64,000 nucleotides of DNA from Marsupella aquatica (Eukaryota > Plantae > Marchantiophyta): contig OZ316894.1 in assembly GCA_973895155.1 (NCBI GenBank), forward strand, positions 7,464,234 to 7,528,233. Direction: 5' to 3'. This document shows positions 12,036-24,018 of the stretch, one piece after another (position 1 is the stretch's first letter; each line of letters begins with the position of its first letter). The translations under genes were made by a program, and so were the position numbers. The notes under the pieces were generated by a model that worked only from the letters and a program-made list of their open reading frames with translations, did not search any database and was not told the DNA's origin.

Positions 12036-12434
12036 CTACAATGTCAAGCATCCATGGGCTGTAACCTTAGCTTGATTTGGAATACTATCTGGGGCTACAA
12101 TATCAAGCTCAGTTATATGTGGAATAGTATCTGGGACTACAATGTCAAGCGTGTCCGGGATGACAATCTTGCGTAAAAGACACTCATTTTGAGGCCAAAT
12201 GGTTGGCCTTATACAAGAGCACCTCCAGCGACGTGTGACAACTTTGCCATGCTTTCCCATGTATGTCCTAGTAACAAGTCTTCCACGCATTTTCAAGTAG
12301 AAGCAATGGAACCATTCAAAATTGCCATCACCAACCCTGCACTTCACACAAGATTCACACCAGCAGCATTCATCTGGATGCTGCAGAAGGAGCTTCTCAT
12401 AATTTGCTTCTAATGTAATGCCCAATTTAGCCAT
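12036..12434 (-). pseudogene. Cys-rich ORF, probably the 5' part of the PHD-finger gene split by the gypsy insertion
   Basis: It starts with ATG, has a CCWCESCVKC motif and three DIVVPDTI-like repeats, and is on the same strand as the PHD exon. A GT donor near 11801 and an AG acceptor near 4008 flank the gypsy site. Confidence 0.4.
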
Positions 12435-12959
12435 GGCACTATTTTTTTTACTCGGTGAATGGCCAGGTGGTCAGACGTGCAATGACAGGCAACTTACAAT
12501 TCACGGGGTACAGTATGCGCTCTAGCAGATTGCTTCACTGCAAGTGCTGGTGCTCACAGCTGCAAGCGCTGATGACAACCTCTACAATTGCTTTTGCAAC
12601 CTGTGAACAAAATTAAAACCACCATTTCAATAAGTTTCAAATGCTGCAAGCGCTGAAGACAACCAATTGGCCATGCTTGTTACGACAGCAATAAACAAAT
12701 AATTGGGCTCAACAAACTTGAATAGCTAACCTGAATAGGATCAAGTTCAGAATCCGGAATGGTAATGCCCTTGCCCAGAAGCTTGAGAAACAAAAGAGAA
12801 AACAAGCAAACGAGCCTCATCTGTTACCGACCACATCTTGACCAGGCCCGCCACTCAGTATGGTTGGAGGCTGTGGTCCCCCTTGAGTAAACACTTACAT
12901 ACATCTTCTCTTCTGGACAACTTAAAGAAAATTGCAGGAACCAGCCAACGGGTCAATGT

Positions 12960-13155
12960 ATGGATGACGTCAAGACAAATGACGACAGTACTCAGTATTC
13001 GGCTGCGAAGTCAAAAATGGATCTCAGTAGTGGCTCCAAACCATAGCTGCAAGGGCATGGCGAGCTCTAGAGGACAAAAAACTGAAAGAGCTTATTGCCA
13101 TTCACGGAGCTCAGAACTGGAATTTTACTTCTGATAAGCTAAACGGGCAGATCAG
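12960..13155 (+). pseudogene. Captured R2R3-MYB first-exon fragment
   Basis: It reads MDDVKTNDDS...GSKP*, then WRALEDKKLKELIAIHGAQNWNFTSDKLNG, resembling the MYB R2 start (HWRPAEDxKLKELVxxYGPQNWNLIAEKLxGRSG). It ends at ATCAG|GT, the usual first-intron position. Confidence 0.7.
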
Positions 13156-13197
13156 GTGCCACATCATCTATGACCGCTACCAGATAAGGTGTGCCAT

Positions 13198-13782
13198 GCG
13201 TGGCCTGTCTAGACCAACACTGGTGCATGACTTGGTGATTACCCGTGACTATGTCGTCTTCATGGACTGTCCGCTGCGTCTCGATCCAAAGCGGATGGTC
13301 ATGAAGGATCAATTTGCAATCGCTCACAGCACAAGCACACCTTTCCGTTTAGGTCTGCTGCCAAAATATGCCTAGGATGAAACGGAGATGTGCTGGTCCA
13401 ACTTTCCTTTAGCCATCAATTTCCACGTCGCAAACGGATGGCAGGAAGGAGATGAAATCGTTTTAGTTACATGCCGAATGCCAACAACGGATCTGCTTCG
13501 GATCACTGACGTTTGCCCGCGATTGCACGAGTATCGGATCAACTGGAAGACTGGAGAGACTACGGACAGAAGGCTGGGGGAGTTCGATACTGAATATCCC
13601 GCGATTAACAAGAACTATATTGGCAAGAAGACCCGATACATCTACACAGCTACTCGTTCAGCTGGAGTCGACAGCCAATCTAGCAGATATGGAATCATTA
13701 AATTTGATTTGAGTAACGGACCTGAGTTGGGTAAAGAAACACTGCAGGTCGGAGGGAATGTGGGAGGTGTCTTCTGGCATGG
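13198..13782 (+). pseudogene. CCD1: Captured carotenoid cleavage dioxygenase (CCD1-like) internal fragment
   Basis: PTLVHDLVITRDYVVFMDCPL...RLGLLPKYA*DETEMCW...FHVANGWQEGDEIVLVTCR...DTEYPAINKNYIGKKTRYIY...GIIKFDL...VGGNVGG. It has one stop, no introns, and both ends are truncated. Confidence 0.85.
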
Positions 13783-13784
13783 GC

Positions 13785-14835
13785 TTCAAACAATAGCAAG
13801 CAAGCACGAGCATGAAACAATAGCAAGCAACCAAGCACGATCGTCAAAGCAAGAAGCGCCCACCTCCCGGTTGAGCAACGTACATAGCAATGTTGGCAGC
13901 AGCCCTGGCACTCCTGTTTGAGCAAGCATTGAGAGAGAGCAGCAACGCAACACTCTTGCTCCTGTTTCAGCAAGCTAGCATGCAGCTCCCATTTCAGCAA
14001 GGTAGCAGCTCCGTTTCAGCAAGCAGCAATGCCACACTCCCGACACCCACCTCCTGTTTGAGCAGCTGCAACAGCCACACTCCCGCCCGCACTCCCTTTT
14101 TGAGCAACAACACAGCAATCACATAAACTTTCCTATCATTTCAGCAAGAAGGAACGTAGCACACTCCCTCAACCACAGACAGTAGCGCACCTATACACTC
14201 CAACCTTGTAGCGCAGCCAACACTCTCGCCCGATCATTCACTCCAAGCAGCAGCGCAGCCGAGAGTGCAACACTCTCACTTGATCCTTCACTCCCGGGTT
14301 CACTCCAAGTAGCAGCGCAGCCGAGAAGTCTTGCTCTCCCCTTCACTCTAAGCAGCAGCGCAGTTGAGAACTCTCGCTCTCCCCTTCACTCTAAGCAGCA
14401 ACGCAGCCGAGAACGACCTTGATCCTTCACTCCAAGTAGCAGCGAGTAGCCGAGAACACTTGGTTGATCCTTCACGTCAAGCGGCAGCAGCACAGCCAAG
14501 AGCGCAACACTCTGGCTCTCCCCTTCACTCCAAGGCGTAGCCGATAACTCTTCAAAATCCTTCACTTCAAGCAGCAGCGACAGTAGCGCAGCCAAGAGTG
14601 CAACACTCGTTCTCGATCTCCCCTTCACTCCAAGGCGCAGGTGACAACTCTCGCTCAATCCTTCGCGAGCAGCAGTGCAGCCTAGAAATGTTGGCACTTC
14701 ATCCTTCACTCCAAGCAGCCGTAGCAGCAGCGCAAGCGAGAGTGTTGTGCTCTCGCTTGATCCTTCTTCACTCACATCCAAGGTCACAACACTGACTCTC
14801 TCTCGATCCTTCTTTGCTCCAAGCAGTAGCACACT
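13785..14835. repeat. Degenerate tandem repeat array in the subterminal part of the DNA transposon
   Basis: Many copies of CCTTCACTCCAAGCAGCAGCGCAGCCGAGA(A)CACTCT-like units of roughly 40-55 bp; CAGCAAGC-rich at the left. Confidence 0.75.
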
Positions 14836-15371
14836 CGTTTAGACCCCCGTTTACACCATTTGCTGCAAGGTACAAACAAAAGAGTCTCTCATCCCAAACA
14901 ACAGGTGGGGCCAAAGGGATAGTGAAGGGAAACCAGACGGGAGGAGACTGACAAGGGCCAATTGAGGGAAACGAGACATGTTAACGGAACAATTCAAACT
15001 TAATCCCGGTCAAACCCTAAACATGAGTCCCCAAAAAACCAGACCCACTTAAATCATTCTCAAATTCTTGCCATGTTAAACGTGACTTAGGAAAATATAT
15101 TGGGAATGTTATGTGTGCCATGTGTACCAATGATATAGTGACACATGTAATTTACATAGTCCGATTCAAGGACCCCCTAACTTCCTTGTATGCCTTCCAT
15201 CTACATAGTCAAAAATATTAATATCCCTATTGTTCTTACAAGTTGTCCAACATATAAAGTCGACCCTATTGTTCTTACACAAATCTTCTTAAGTCTTCCG
15301 AGAAACCCAATTAACGGACCCTATACTTAGTCGCACGTGATATGAGATTTTTGCGAAGTGAGACCCCCGAG

Positions 15372-18330
15372 GTAGGCGTCAGGTTCCACACTCTCGGCAG
15401 GTGAATCAGAGTGTGCCACCTGAGCCACGATAACAGCATCCACACCTCCAGGGGCAAAGCTCAGTGCCTCCGCATCGAGCTGGTTAGGCAACAGCTGAGC
15501 AGGTACAGGAATCAAAGTCTCCTCAGGGCTCGGGCTGCTCACTCGCTCCGGTGAGGCCAGTCCGATCACCGATTCTCCCAGATTTTCAGCCGCCTTGCCA
15601 CCTTGCAGCTGGACGTGGATACGATCAGCGCTGTCTCCTAGTTGTTCTTTTAAATTCTCCTTGGCATCAATACCTGAAACCACCATTGCATCTTTGGTCA
15701 TTACAGTCGGGATCCCCCGGTTCAAGCTCTCAAATTAGCGGCATGTTGTGCTCTCAACACTTCCTCCGGATCACCCTCTGCTTCGTCATCCTTTTCCTCC
15801 GGTGGATCCACTCCCTCCTGCCCTTCCCGAGCAACTGAACGGGGAGGATCCAATCCCTCCTGACAATCCCTCACAAGGTGACCTTTCTTGTTACATTTAA
15901 AGCAATGATAAGGTATATTTTTTAAGAGAATCGGCTGCCAGATATGAATACTCTCCGTAATGCACACCTTTGCACTGCAAGGTACTTCTCTCTCAGTATC
16001 CCACAAAATACAGGCCCTGTCATGGGGGAAGGAGCTATATTCATCCCCTTGGATATAATGAAGCACCTTCCCAAGAGACTCAGCAATTTTAACTCGACAC
16101 CCTTCGAGCACCAGACCCCTGAAAGGGAGCTCAATCCACATCGGCAATTTAGTATACCTTTCAGAGAAAATATCGAATGAGGGGTCCCAAGGGAAGGTAA
16201 ATACAAACTTGCGATCCAGAAACCATGGAGCCGATGTGAGTGCCCAATCTCTGTGATCCGCATTCTCAAATACTACAAAATAGTAGTTTTTCCCAACAAA
16301 TTTTACTTGTACTACCGGCCAGTTCCTCTCCTTGACCATATACGTAGCCACCCAGTCACAAAATGTGGGAAGCATTGGGGCACGATCTGTAAAGAAACAC
16401 ATCAATCCGCAGTTATAAAGTTGTTTGACATTGCTCGCAGCCTCCTCTAGACTCCATTGCACTTGTGTATACAGTTTGGTGCTCCACTCCCCCTTCGAAT
16501 TATCAGCAATTTCCCTGAGAATGCTAATACATTCCGCAGAGACAGCCTCCGGCTCGCTGTCCTCCTCCCGGGTATGCAACTCCCCTTTTTATAAGGCAAG
16601 TTTTTAATTCCTTATAATGGCCTTATATCCAATTGACCATCTTAGATTTCATTTTAGTCTACTAAAGTCTTGTACCTCTGAACTCAAGGAATCCAAAAAT
16701 GTAACTTAAAAAAAAAACCAAACATGTTTTGATGTACAAAAAGTTGATCAAAACCAAATTATATGGGTTTTTTTTAATACAGGGGTCTACAACCAAACTA
16801 GCCAGCTTTTTAGGATTTTTATTAAAATTTTAAAAATCTTTTAATAAAAATTACAACATGTATAGGAATATTTTTTAATTTCATATGGAAAATGAAGGAA
16901 ACCAAACCTTTTATATCACTTGAAAATTTTTAAAAGTGGGAAACCCAGGTTTTTTCAAATTTTAATTATTTTGTATAGCCAACTTTTTAGTCCATATAAA
17001 AATGTAGACCCCTGTCTATTATATAAGAGTTGCGTACCCGGGGTCCTCCTGAGCTGCCCTTAGCGTTCCCATTGCTCCCCCATGAGGAACACCACTCTGA
17101 GTTCTCAATTCCCCTGTCCCTCTTTCTAGACCCACCACCGGGGCCAGTTCAGCCTGTCGCGCAACATTCCCCTGTGCCTGGCTTCTACCCGCACCTGAGC
17201 TGTATCTAGAATTCTGGTAATAATGGTGGTTCTCAATTGCAGGGGTTGAAGTCAAATCAAATGGGGGCTGCATTACTTGTGGCTGATGGCGAAATGTGGA
17301 TGCCCCAGGGCCACGGCCACCACCCCGAAAAGGGGAGCTACGAGAGTCTTGTCGACTGAAATTCTCCTGTCCAAGCAGTCCAGCCGAAGATGGGGATTGC
17401 CCCTTATTCCCAAGAGATCCACGGGATCCAATTGCTTCATCCCTACTGCCCCACTCCGTCTCTCGATTCCATCCAGTTCCTGCCATTTGGTATCCTTAGT
17501 TCTCAAGGTGGAATTCACAATTCAGTGGGTGTTGTTTCTTACCTTTAGGCCAATTCTCCGCTTTCACTCTCAGTTGCCAGATGTGCTCACTGAGCGTCAG
17601 CAACCATGTGTATAGCTTTGGCTTGCCTTCCTCTCTTCGGACTTACCGATCTGCTTCAATGTTGTGGAATACATCTGCGACCAAGCCGAAGTTCCCCTCC
17701 ACCTCGCTCGCAACACTACCACCCCGTTTCCTGGTGGAGCACTCCCCGGTCCTCAGTCATCGCTTACAAGAGTTCCAATCCTATCGACAACGGTTCCTTC
17801 AGGTTGCCAGAATAGAAATCCTCTACTATCCAACCTCTCACGTTCTCCGAGGCCCACCGTCGGTTGATCCCGTTTCAAGAACTCATTAACCTATTAACTC
17901 CGTCCTAAGTGCTTATCGTCCGCCTAGTCCCTCTAAACCTCGCCTTCTCCTCCTTTCACTTCCCTATAACCTCAGTCGTCTGATTAATCTCTCCCTCGTT
18001 GCTTCTCCTCCACTTTCGCTCCGCCGCTATCGAGGATCACCATAACTTGGTGAACACGATTATCCTAAACCCTGAACCCTGATTTCGCCGCCTCCAGTTG
18101 TTGCTTAAGCCGGTCAACGTCCGCAACCTCTAAAATCAGTCCTTTACCTCAGCCTCGACCATACACATCCTAAATAGGGTCGTTGGATAGCGGTACCTCC
18201 CCCCGTCCAGGAGGAAAACACTAAAAGCTCGCAGACAACCAGGATCCCAGACCCCCCCACACAACACGAAACCAGTTCACGTACTGTCAGCTCCGCCAGC
18301 TCCCTCAGTTCTTCCAACATCTATTCCCAA
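15372..18330 (-). mobile_element. L1-type LINE, 5' part only (ORF1), interrupted by a MITE and truncated by the DNA transposon
   Basis: ORF1 starts at ATG 17486 (MAGTGWNRE...AQED) and resumes after the MITE (SEPEAV...). It has a DUF4283-like segment (GKNYYFVVF...PWFLDRKFVFTFPWDP...MWIELP...IAESLG) and a knuckle CFKCNKKGHLVRDC. No ORF2 is in view. The 5' boundary is approximate. Confidence 0.8.
16567..17042. mobile_element. 476-bp MITE with 16-bp TIR and 8-bp TSD
   Basis: TIRs are CCCGGGTATGCAACTC and GAGTTGCGTACCCGGG. The TSD GTCCTCCT is at 16559-16566 and 17043-17050. The interior is AT-rich, and removing the element restores the LINE ORF1 frame. Confidence 0.92.
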
Positions 18331-20764
18331 AGTCGATTGTTTTTTAAACTCGATTTCCTTCTCCTTGACCCGTGACAATTAAAAGTGGCATTGTAATATA
18401 ATCTAAAAAGGTGACAGATATGTGACAGAAAATTAGGTAGTCATCTAGTAAAATTAAAGTATTTCATAACAAACTGTAATACATGTAGTCACAGTCATAA
18501 AAGATGTGTTGGTGAAAACACTCAGGGCTCTTTATATATTAGTTGTTATAAATCTTGACAGGAGTACCATAGAGCAATGACTGGCTTGGGCTTTAGTGCA
18601 GTTGTGATCCACTGCAAGGAGTAGTCCCTGGCGCTTGTAAGAGCACCTACCTCTAACTATGGTTATTAGACTCCTACAGTAGTTATAGAGGGTGTACCTC
18701 TAACTATGCCAGACTCCTCATTTGGCAGGGCAGTTAGTTAAACCTTTCTTTCTCTCTCATGCTCCCCCGTTTGCTGTCTGGTCTGTTGTTCCCTAGTGGT
18801 CTGTTGTTCCATAGTGGGGGTCTCCCTTCAGTGTATCATGTCCATTCTGATGTTCATATTTTTGTATTTCAAAGGCACAAAATTTGTTGTTTCCATTGTG
18901 ACAAATGTCCTGTGTTGTCATCTTGAATATATGGACTCTGGCAAAGTGGCGAGGGGTCTAAGGCAAATTTGTCATGGACAGCTGGGCTGTGCTAGTCCAT
19001 TACATTTCCCTATGTGCTTGTTTTGGTTAACTTGTGACACTACATGTCCATTGACACTCCCACCCACCTGGTGCTTTTAAACTTCATCCCTGCTTGGAGC
19101 ATATTTCAGCTCTCTTCCTCTGAGCCCACCTCCAATGTAGCAAAGGTTAAGTGGTAAGAGGAGTAGGGTGTCGAAAGGGAGTAATGTACCTTTCGTTTCT
19201 TGAAGCTCAACTTTTCGTAGTGGCTATCAAGATGGTGTAAAATTTGCTTAGAATCCAGCCTTTGGAGGGACTGCATACTATAGAAGGTACGAATGATGGA
19301 TGTCCCTTAGATTCACGTTTTGTAAACTTTGTACATCACAAAGTTTGATTTCTGTTTTCTTCTAGGACAAAGGTTTGTGGAAGAGGCAATGGACAACCAC
19401 ATGTTCCTGAGCACAAGACTCGAAATCTCCTGCGACGTTGTGAACGAGTGCTAGACTCTCAAGCAGACCAGGATTTCTTAATTCACTGGCGGCCGCTTGG
19501 GAGCAGGATGAAAGTTGAAACTAGATCCCCAAACACGAGCACTCTCGACAGGGTCGGCATGCCCAGCGGTCTTGAAATCAAGATATCCGTCTAAGGCTTG
19601 TCTGAAAGCTCTGGATGAACAACAGGATTTACCACGATAATTGAACGTCACTGTCTTGGTTGAATGGCAGCAAGTAGATTCAGTCGTCATGTCAAGCTCC
19701 ATCTCAGAGTCGTTTATCAAATGATATAGCAAACATTTACTAGGCCAATACTACTATCCACAAGCCTTAGTTGAACTAGGATTGCCATACGGGTAACCCA
19801 GTGACAAAAATCCTTGGGCACCAGGTGGAGCTCCAATTGCAGTTTCGTAGTGAAGGGACCAGTTCTGGCACATTTGCATTACTTGTTCTTATGACTCTTT
19901 GCTATCTGGCTTGGAAAACTAAAGTTCACGGAGACGACAGCAGACGTCCCAAACAATGTTCTTAAAATTCCACGTTTCCTAAAATAATTTCGACAAATAC
20001 AGGGGTAATTAATTAAGTAGATTCAGCATATCTAATATTTGAGGAGGGGCCAAGTTGAGTGTGCTACAAGACGAATTGGCTACTCCAGTGTGGTTTACCT
20101 AGAAAAAAATTAGAGCTCAAAAACCTTTTATTGTGATACTGCGAAACCGTACCTGCCACTACGAGGTCTTGTTTCAATGAGGAGCTCACACTAATCAACC
20201 CTGCGCGGCAAACAACTTATCAGTACCAATGATCTAAAGAGATGCATTGGGCAATTTCAGATAAAGGCTGGCTGAGGAAAACCATTTCTGCAGGACACTG
20301 GTATGAACTCTTAATAGGACTGTATTGTAAAAGAAAACGAGAAAGGGGTTCTTCAATTTTTCAAGCATATCATTAGAATCAAGAGTTTCCAACAGGATAG
20401 CCTGCCATCACTGATTGCTTGCATGTGAAAAAGGTCCTGAACAAACCGGTCAAATGAACTCATCTGGTTTTCTTGCCATAATGACAGTCCACCCCCAAAG
20501 ATGGCCTACCTGTGAAAAGATCTTCGCACCTGAATGCCGGCACTCAGGTGGATCAAATTATTTTCCACCTGCGTATCAGACGATCTATTTTGGAGAACTT
20601 CAATCTATACAATTACTCATAGCCCACGAATAGTTCAATAAATTCTCTGGCCATTCACCGTCGTTAGTGCAAAATTAGATCTCAGAAATAAAGAGGCCTT
20701 CTTGGAGGCCATTCAAGAAGGGTTCCTATTGTACAAAATTCTGCGCTTCACTGCCCCTGTCCGA

Positions 20765-23700
20765 TCAGTTGATAGCCAGGGTCTTCTTCATCTTCTCATA
20801 AACCACGTAAGTGATGCTGGCAGCTGGTACAACTTTAAGCAGATTTGGAAGCAGCCCCTTGTAAAATCCTTTAACACCCTCACGCTTCAGAGTTCTAAGA
20901 AACACATCGGTCATCCCAGAGTATCTATCCGGCGAATTAAGTGCTTGCGCCTGCAGCCTGATTGAGAAGAACACACCCAGGAAGACGACAGTTAGAAGGC
21001 TTCTGCATGCTGTGCTTAGCTGCAACGACAATTATCAAAATATTCATGTAAGCACTCACCGTCCTGCATCCTGCAGACTTTAAGATCACCAAGTTGATTC
21101 TATTCATTGGAGAAGCAACAAAATTTCAAAGGACGTGGCAGATGTCCAACAAAGACGTGGCAGATGTTCTCGCGGATTGGATCACACACCAGTGGCTTGA
21201 ATTGACTGGACTGAAAAGGAAACTACCAGGGTCAAACAGCACCAGAAAAGGTATAAGAGGAACAGAACGTGTCACAGAAGAGAAACTAAAACAAAGTAGA
21301 GTACGACAGGAAATTTATGCAATAACAATGCAGTACCTTGTTCGAATCAGCTGCAAGGGATATACACAAGTTGCACCTAGAGCTCCTGAGATTGTTCCAC
21401 AACCCAGCTGTATAAAGGGACCAGGATCTGTAATAACACGTGCGTTAAAGGTCATGTACAGTACATATGTGTGTACAGAAAACAAAAGATCATTGCTGTT
21501 ATTTAGTCTCACCAAAACCAGTACCCTTCTTCTTACCGACCATGCTTTTAATGAATGAATCATAGCAATGGTTTTGCGCAGCCACTCTGCTGATATATTG
21601 TAACAAATATCTCAATTCACGCTATGAAGACGAGAAACGAATCACAAGACGACCAATATTATTCAATTATTTGAGCTAGTCTAACCGCTGACCACAAGCA
21701 GGTGATGTCCGCCAGGACTGTCTATGTCAATGAAACGGAGTATTTCTGCTGCTCAAAGCTCAAATGCACTCATTCTTGCAGGATTAGAAAGTCAATGAAA
21801 CTTGATCTTGTTCAGGTAGTTCTAGATATCAGCCGGGCTACAATGTCAAGAGCTTGGCTGAACTCTGTCAATAAAAGCATAAACCTGATAAACCTGTCGA
21901 GCTCTGCTGTCACACACTAGAGGTTTTGTAGCCATTTCAGTTTGCCAGTGCCTGGTTCCACACGAGAGACTAGCAAATGGCTCACAAACAAAACTCGACG
22001 ACGAGCCATCTGTAAACTACGAGAGCATCGACTATGATTAATGTAGATGCCCTATACTTTAAGGTTCAATCTTACGTACCCGAATCCGCTCCGATGTATC
22101 GATGGGAAAAATCTTTGAGGGTCTCGTAAGCAGCCAAATCTATGCCAGCGTAAGGAACCATCCCCAGAAGTGATGGAACTAGACCCCTGTAGAAGGCACG
22201 AGGGCCCTCGTGCACTAATATGTCTTTTGACAGCGTCATCAATCGTGGAGGCCTTACACCATTCTCGCAAGTAAATGTCTGAAGCCTTGTCTTTACGAGG
22301 TCCATGGGATAAATTGCAGTCTGAGCTATGGCTCCAGCCGTGCCACCTGCCAACAGACGACCCCCAGCCCCGATCTCGTTCATCTTACCATTTGAGTCGG
22401 ACCCAACCACAAATTCTTTCATATTCTCAAAGGCATAGAACTTGATTGCTGATTCCGGGGCGACTTTCAGAATGTTGATTCCATTCCCTCGAAAGAATGC
22501 TAGGACACCTCCTTCTTGGTACATCAGCTTCAACCCACCAATAACTCCCTTCTTTGTGGGAGCCTCGGTCTGAACTTGTAGAAGTACCTTCAAACGATCC
22601 AACGGTGCAGTTGCTGTACGTGAAATGGCTCCTGCCACTCCACCAGCTATCAAGTACTTGTAAGCATGCAAATGCCTGGATATGCCCTCCGGGATGACAG
22701 CCGATTCACCAATGTCCACAAGGGATATTTTCTCCCAGTATTGATAGATATTCTTCAACGTCGCTTCATGAGGATAGAGGAGCAGAAAATCACGCCACTC
22801 TGAGAAAGAGATAACACCATTCCTGTCCAGATCGATGTGGTCGACGAAACTTGCTAGATTTTCATCCTTTACTTCTACTCCTGCAATACACCACCAATAC
22901 TGGCATCGTTAGCCAAATCATCCCTCATTGAATTTGCTCAAGGAAACAGCGCAGAACTAGCGACTTTATCATTCACATGATGAATGGCATCCTTGCAAAA
23001 TCCCCACATTGTTCAGCAAACCAATTCGTCGTCCATATTTCCTATGATTCACCCAGATAGCATAATCTCAATGCTAATTACTCATTCGTCTTCTTATTTT
23101 CCACATGCCCAATTAGCCACATCAATGTCCATCTATACTCCTGCAATATAAGAACAGGAAGTGGTCTACGTGCTCATCATTCAGTCATCTGAAATAGCTG
23201 GCATCTGCCCAGCTCTACTCATCGAGGCAGCGCTCAGGAATTGTTCCTTGCTTAGTTCCTCCTGCTGAATCCTCGACCAATTTGCTTTCTAAGTTGCGCT
23301 GAGGCATGCAGGATATTGTCAAAGTTACGGCCCTGCTTTGAAGAACATTGCTATTTCAGAGGACCATACAATGTATAGCGATGACAACACGTTTGGTGAG
23401 CTCAAGCACTATCCAGATCAATTATTACTAACAAGAATATGATGGATAGAGAATTTCACCAGCTCCTCGTAAAGCAGCTCGAAGCTCCTCTAGTTGAAGA
23501 ACACCGTTATGTTTCACATCAAGCTCTTGAAACATTTGATACAGCTCCAGCTCTTTCAAGTCCATGTACCTCTCAAACTCGTCAAAATCCACCTTGCCAT
23601 CGAGGTTGGAGTCACACACTAGCAGCAAGTCCTTGGCGTACTTGTTATCCGAAGGGATAGACAGAGACTTGAATCCACTTTTTATTTGCTCGTGATCCAC

Positions 23701-24018
23701 ATAACCGGTCTTGCAAGTATCGAAGCGGTCAAACAGATTCCTGATTCTGAGTTCCCTCTGCTCCCTCGTCTCCTGCAGTGCTAGCTCTACGTCTCTCAAG
23801 GAAATGGTATGATCACCATTACTTCTGGTAATTTCCGCCGTCATGCTTGCTTTCAAAGCCTGTAAGGAATCACCGAACGTCGCTGCCGTTGGAACGATGA
23901 CGGCAGATGAATGATCGCTCGTTGGCGCCCTCAGTACCCCTATATGTTCTTTGCCGTCCACCAGTTCCACTTCGCCAAGCGCTACCTTTCCGAGTCCTGT
24001 GGCAGCTGTACTTGTCAT
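20765..24018 (-). CDS. Calcium-binding mitochondrial carrier (ATP-Mg/Pi carrier, APC/SCaMC family)
   Basis: Exons 24018-23460, 22880-22080, 21427-21337 and 20957-20765, all GT-AG and in frame. N-terminal EF-hands ([39 protein letters not shown]) and three carrier repeats (PLDRLK, PMDLVK, PLQLIR). Confidence 0.95.

Larger units (their letters stand above)
1..15371 (-). mobile_element. Large TIR DNA transposon (P-element/THAP9-like), left end outside the window; carries transposase, PHD gene and captured gene fragments, with a nested gypsy element
   Basis: The right end read on the minus strand is CTCGGGGGTCTCACTTCGCAAAAATCTCATATCACGTGCGACTAAGTATAGGGTC. This and about 100 further bp (GACTTAAGAA...AAGAACAATAGGGTC) match the left end of the TSD-flanked MITE at 41827-42118. 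The terminus abruptly truncates LINE ORF1. That everything from 1 to 15371 is one element is inferred, because the second TIR is not visible. Confidence 0.7.

Noticed and set aside
14386-14832. 148-aa ORF with LGVKD repeats
   Set aside because: It is a translation of the degenerate tandem array, with no domain evidence.
15327-15371. Natural C-terminus of LINE ORF1 (YLGGLTSQKSHITCD)
   Set aside because: These codons are read-through into the DNA transposon TIR, not LINE sequence.
16780-17014. Nested element defined by the inverted CAGGGGTCTACA motifs
   Set aside because: No target-site duplication flanks it, so it is treated as internal motifs of the 476-bp MITE.
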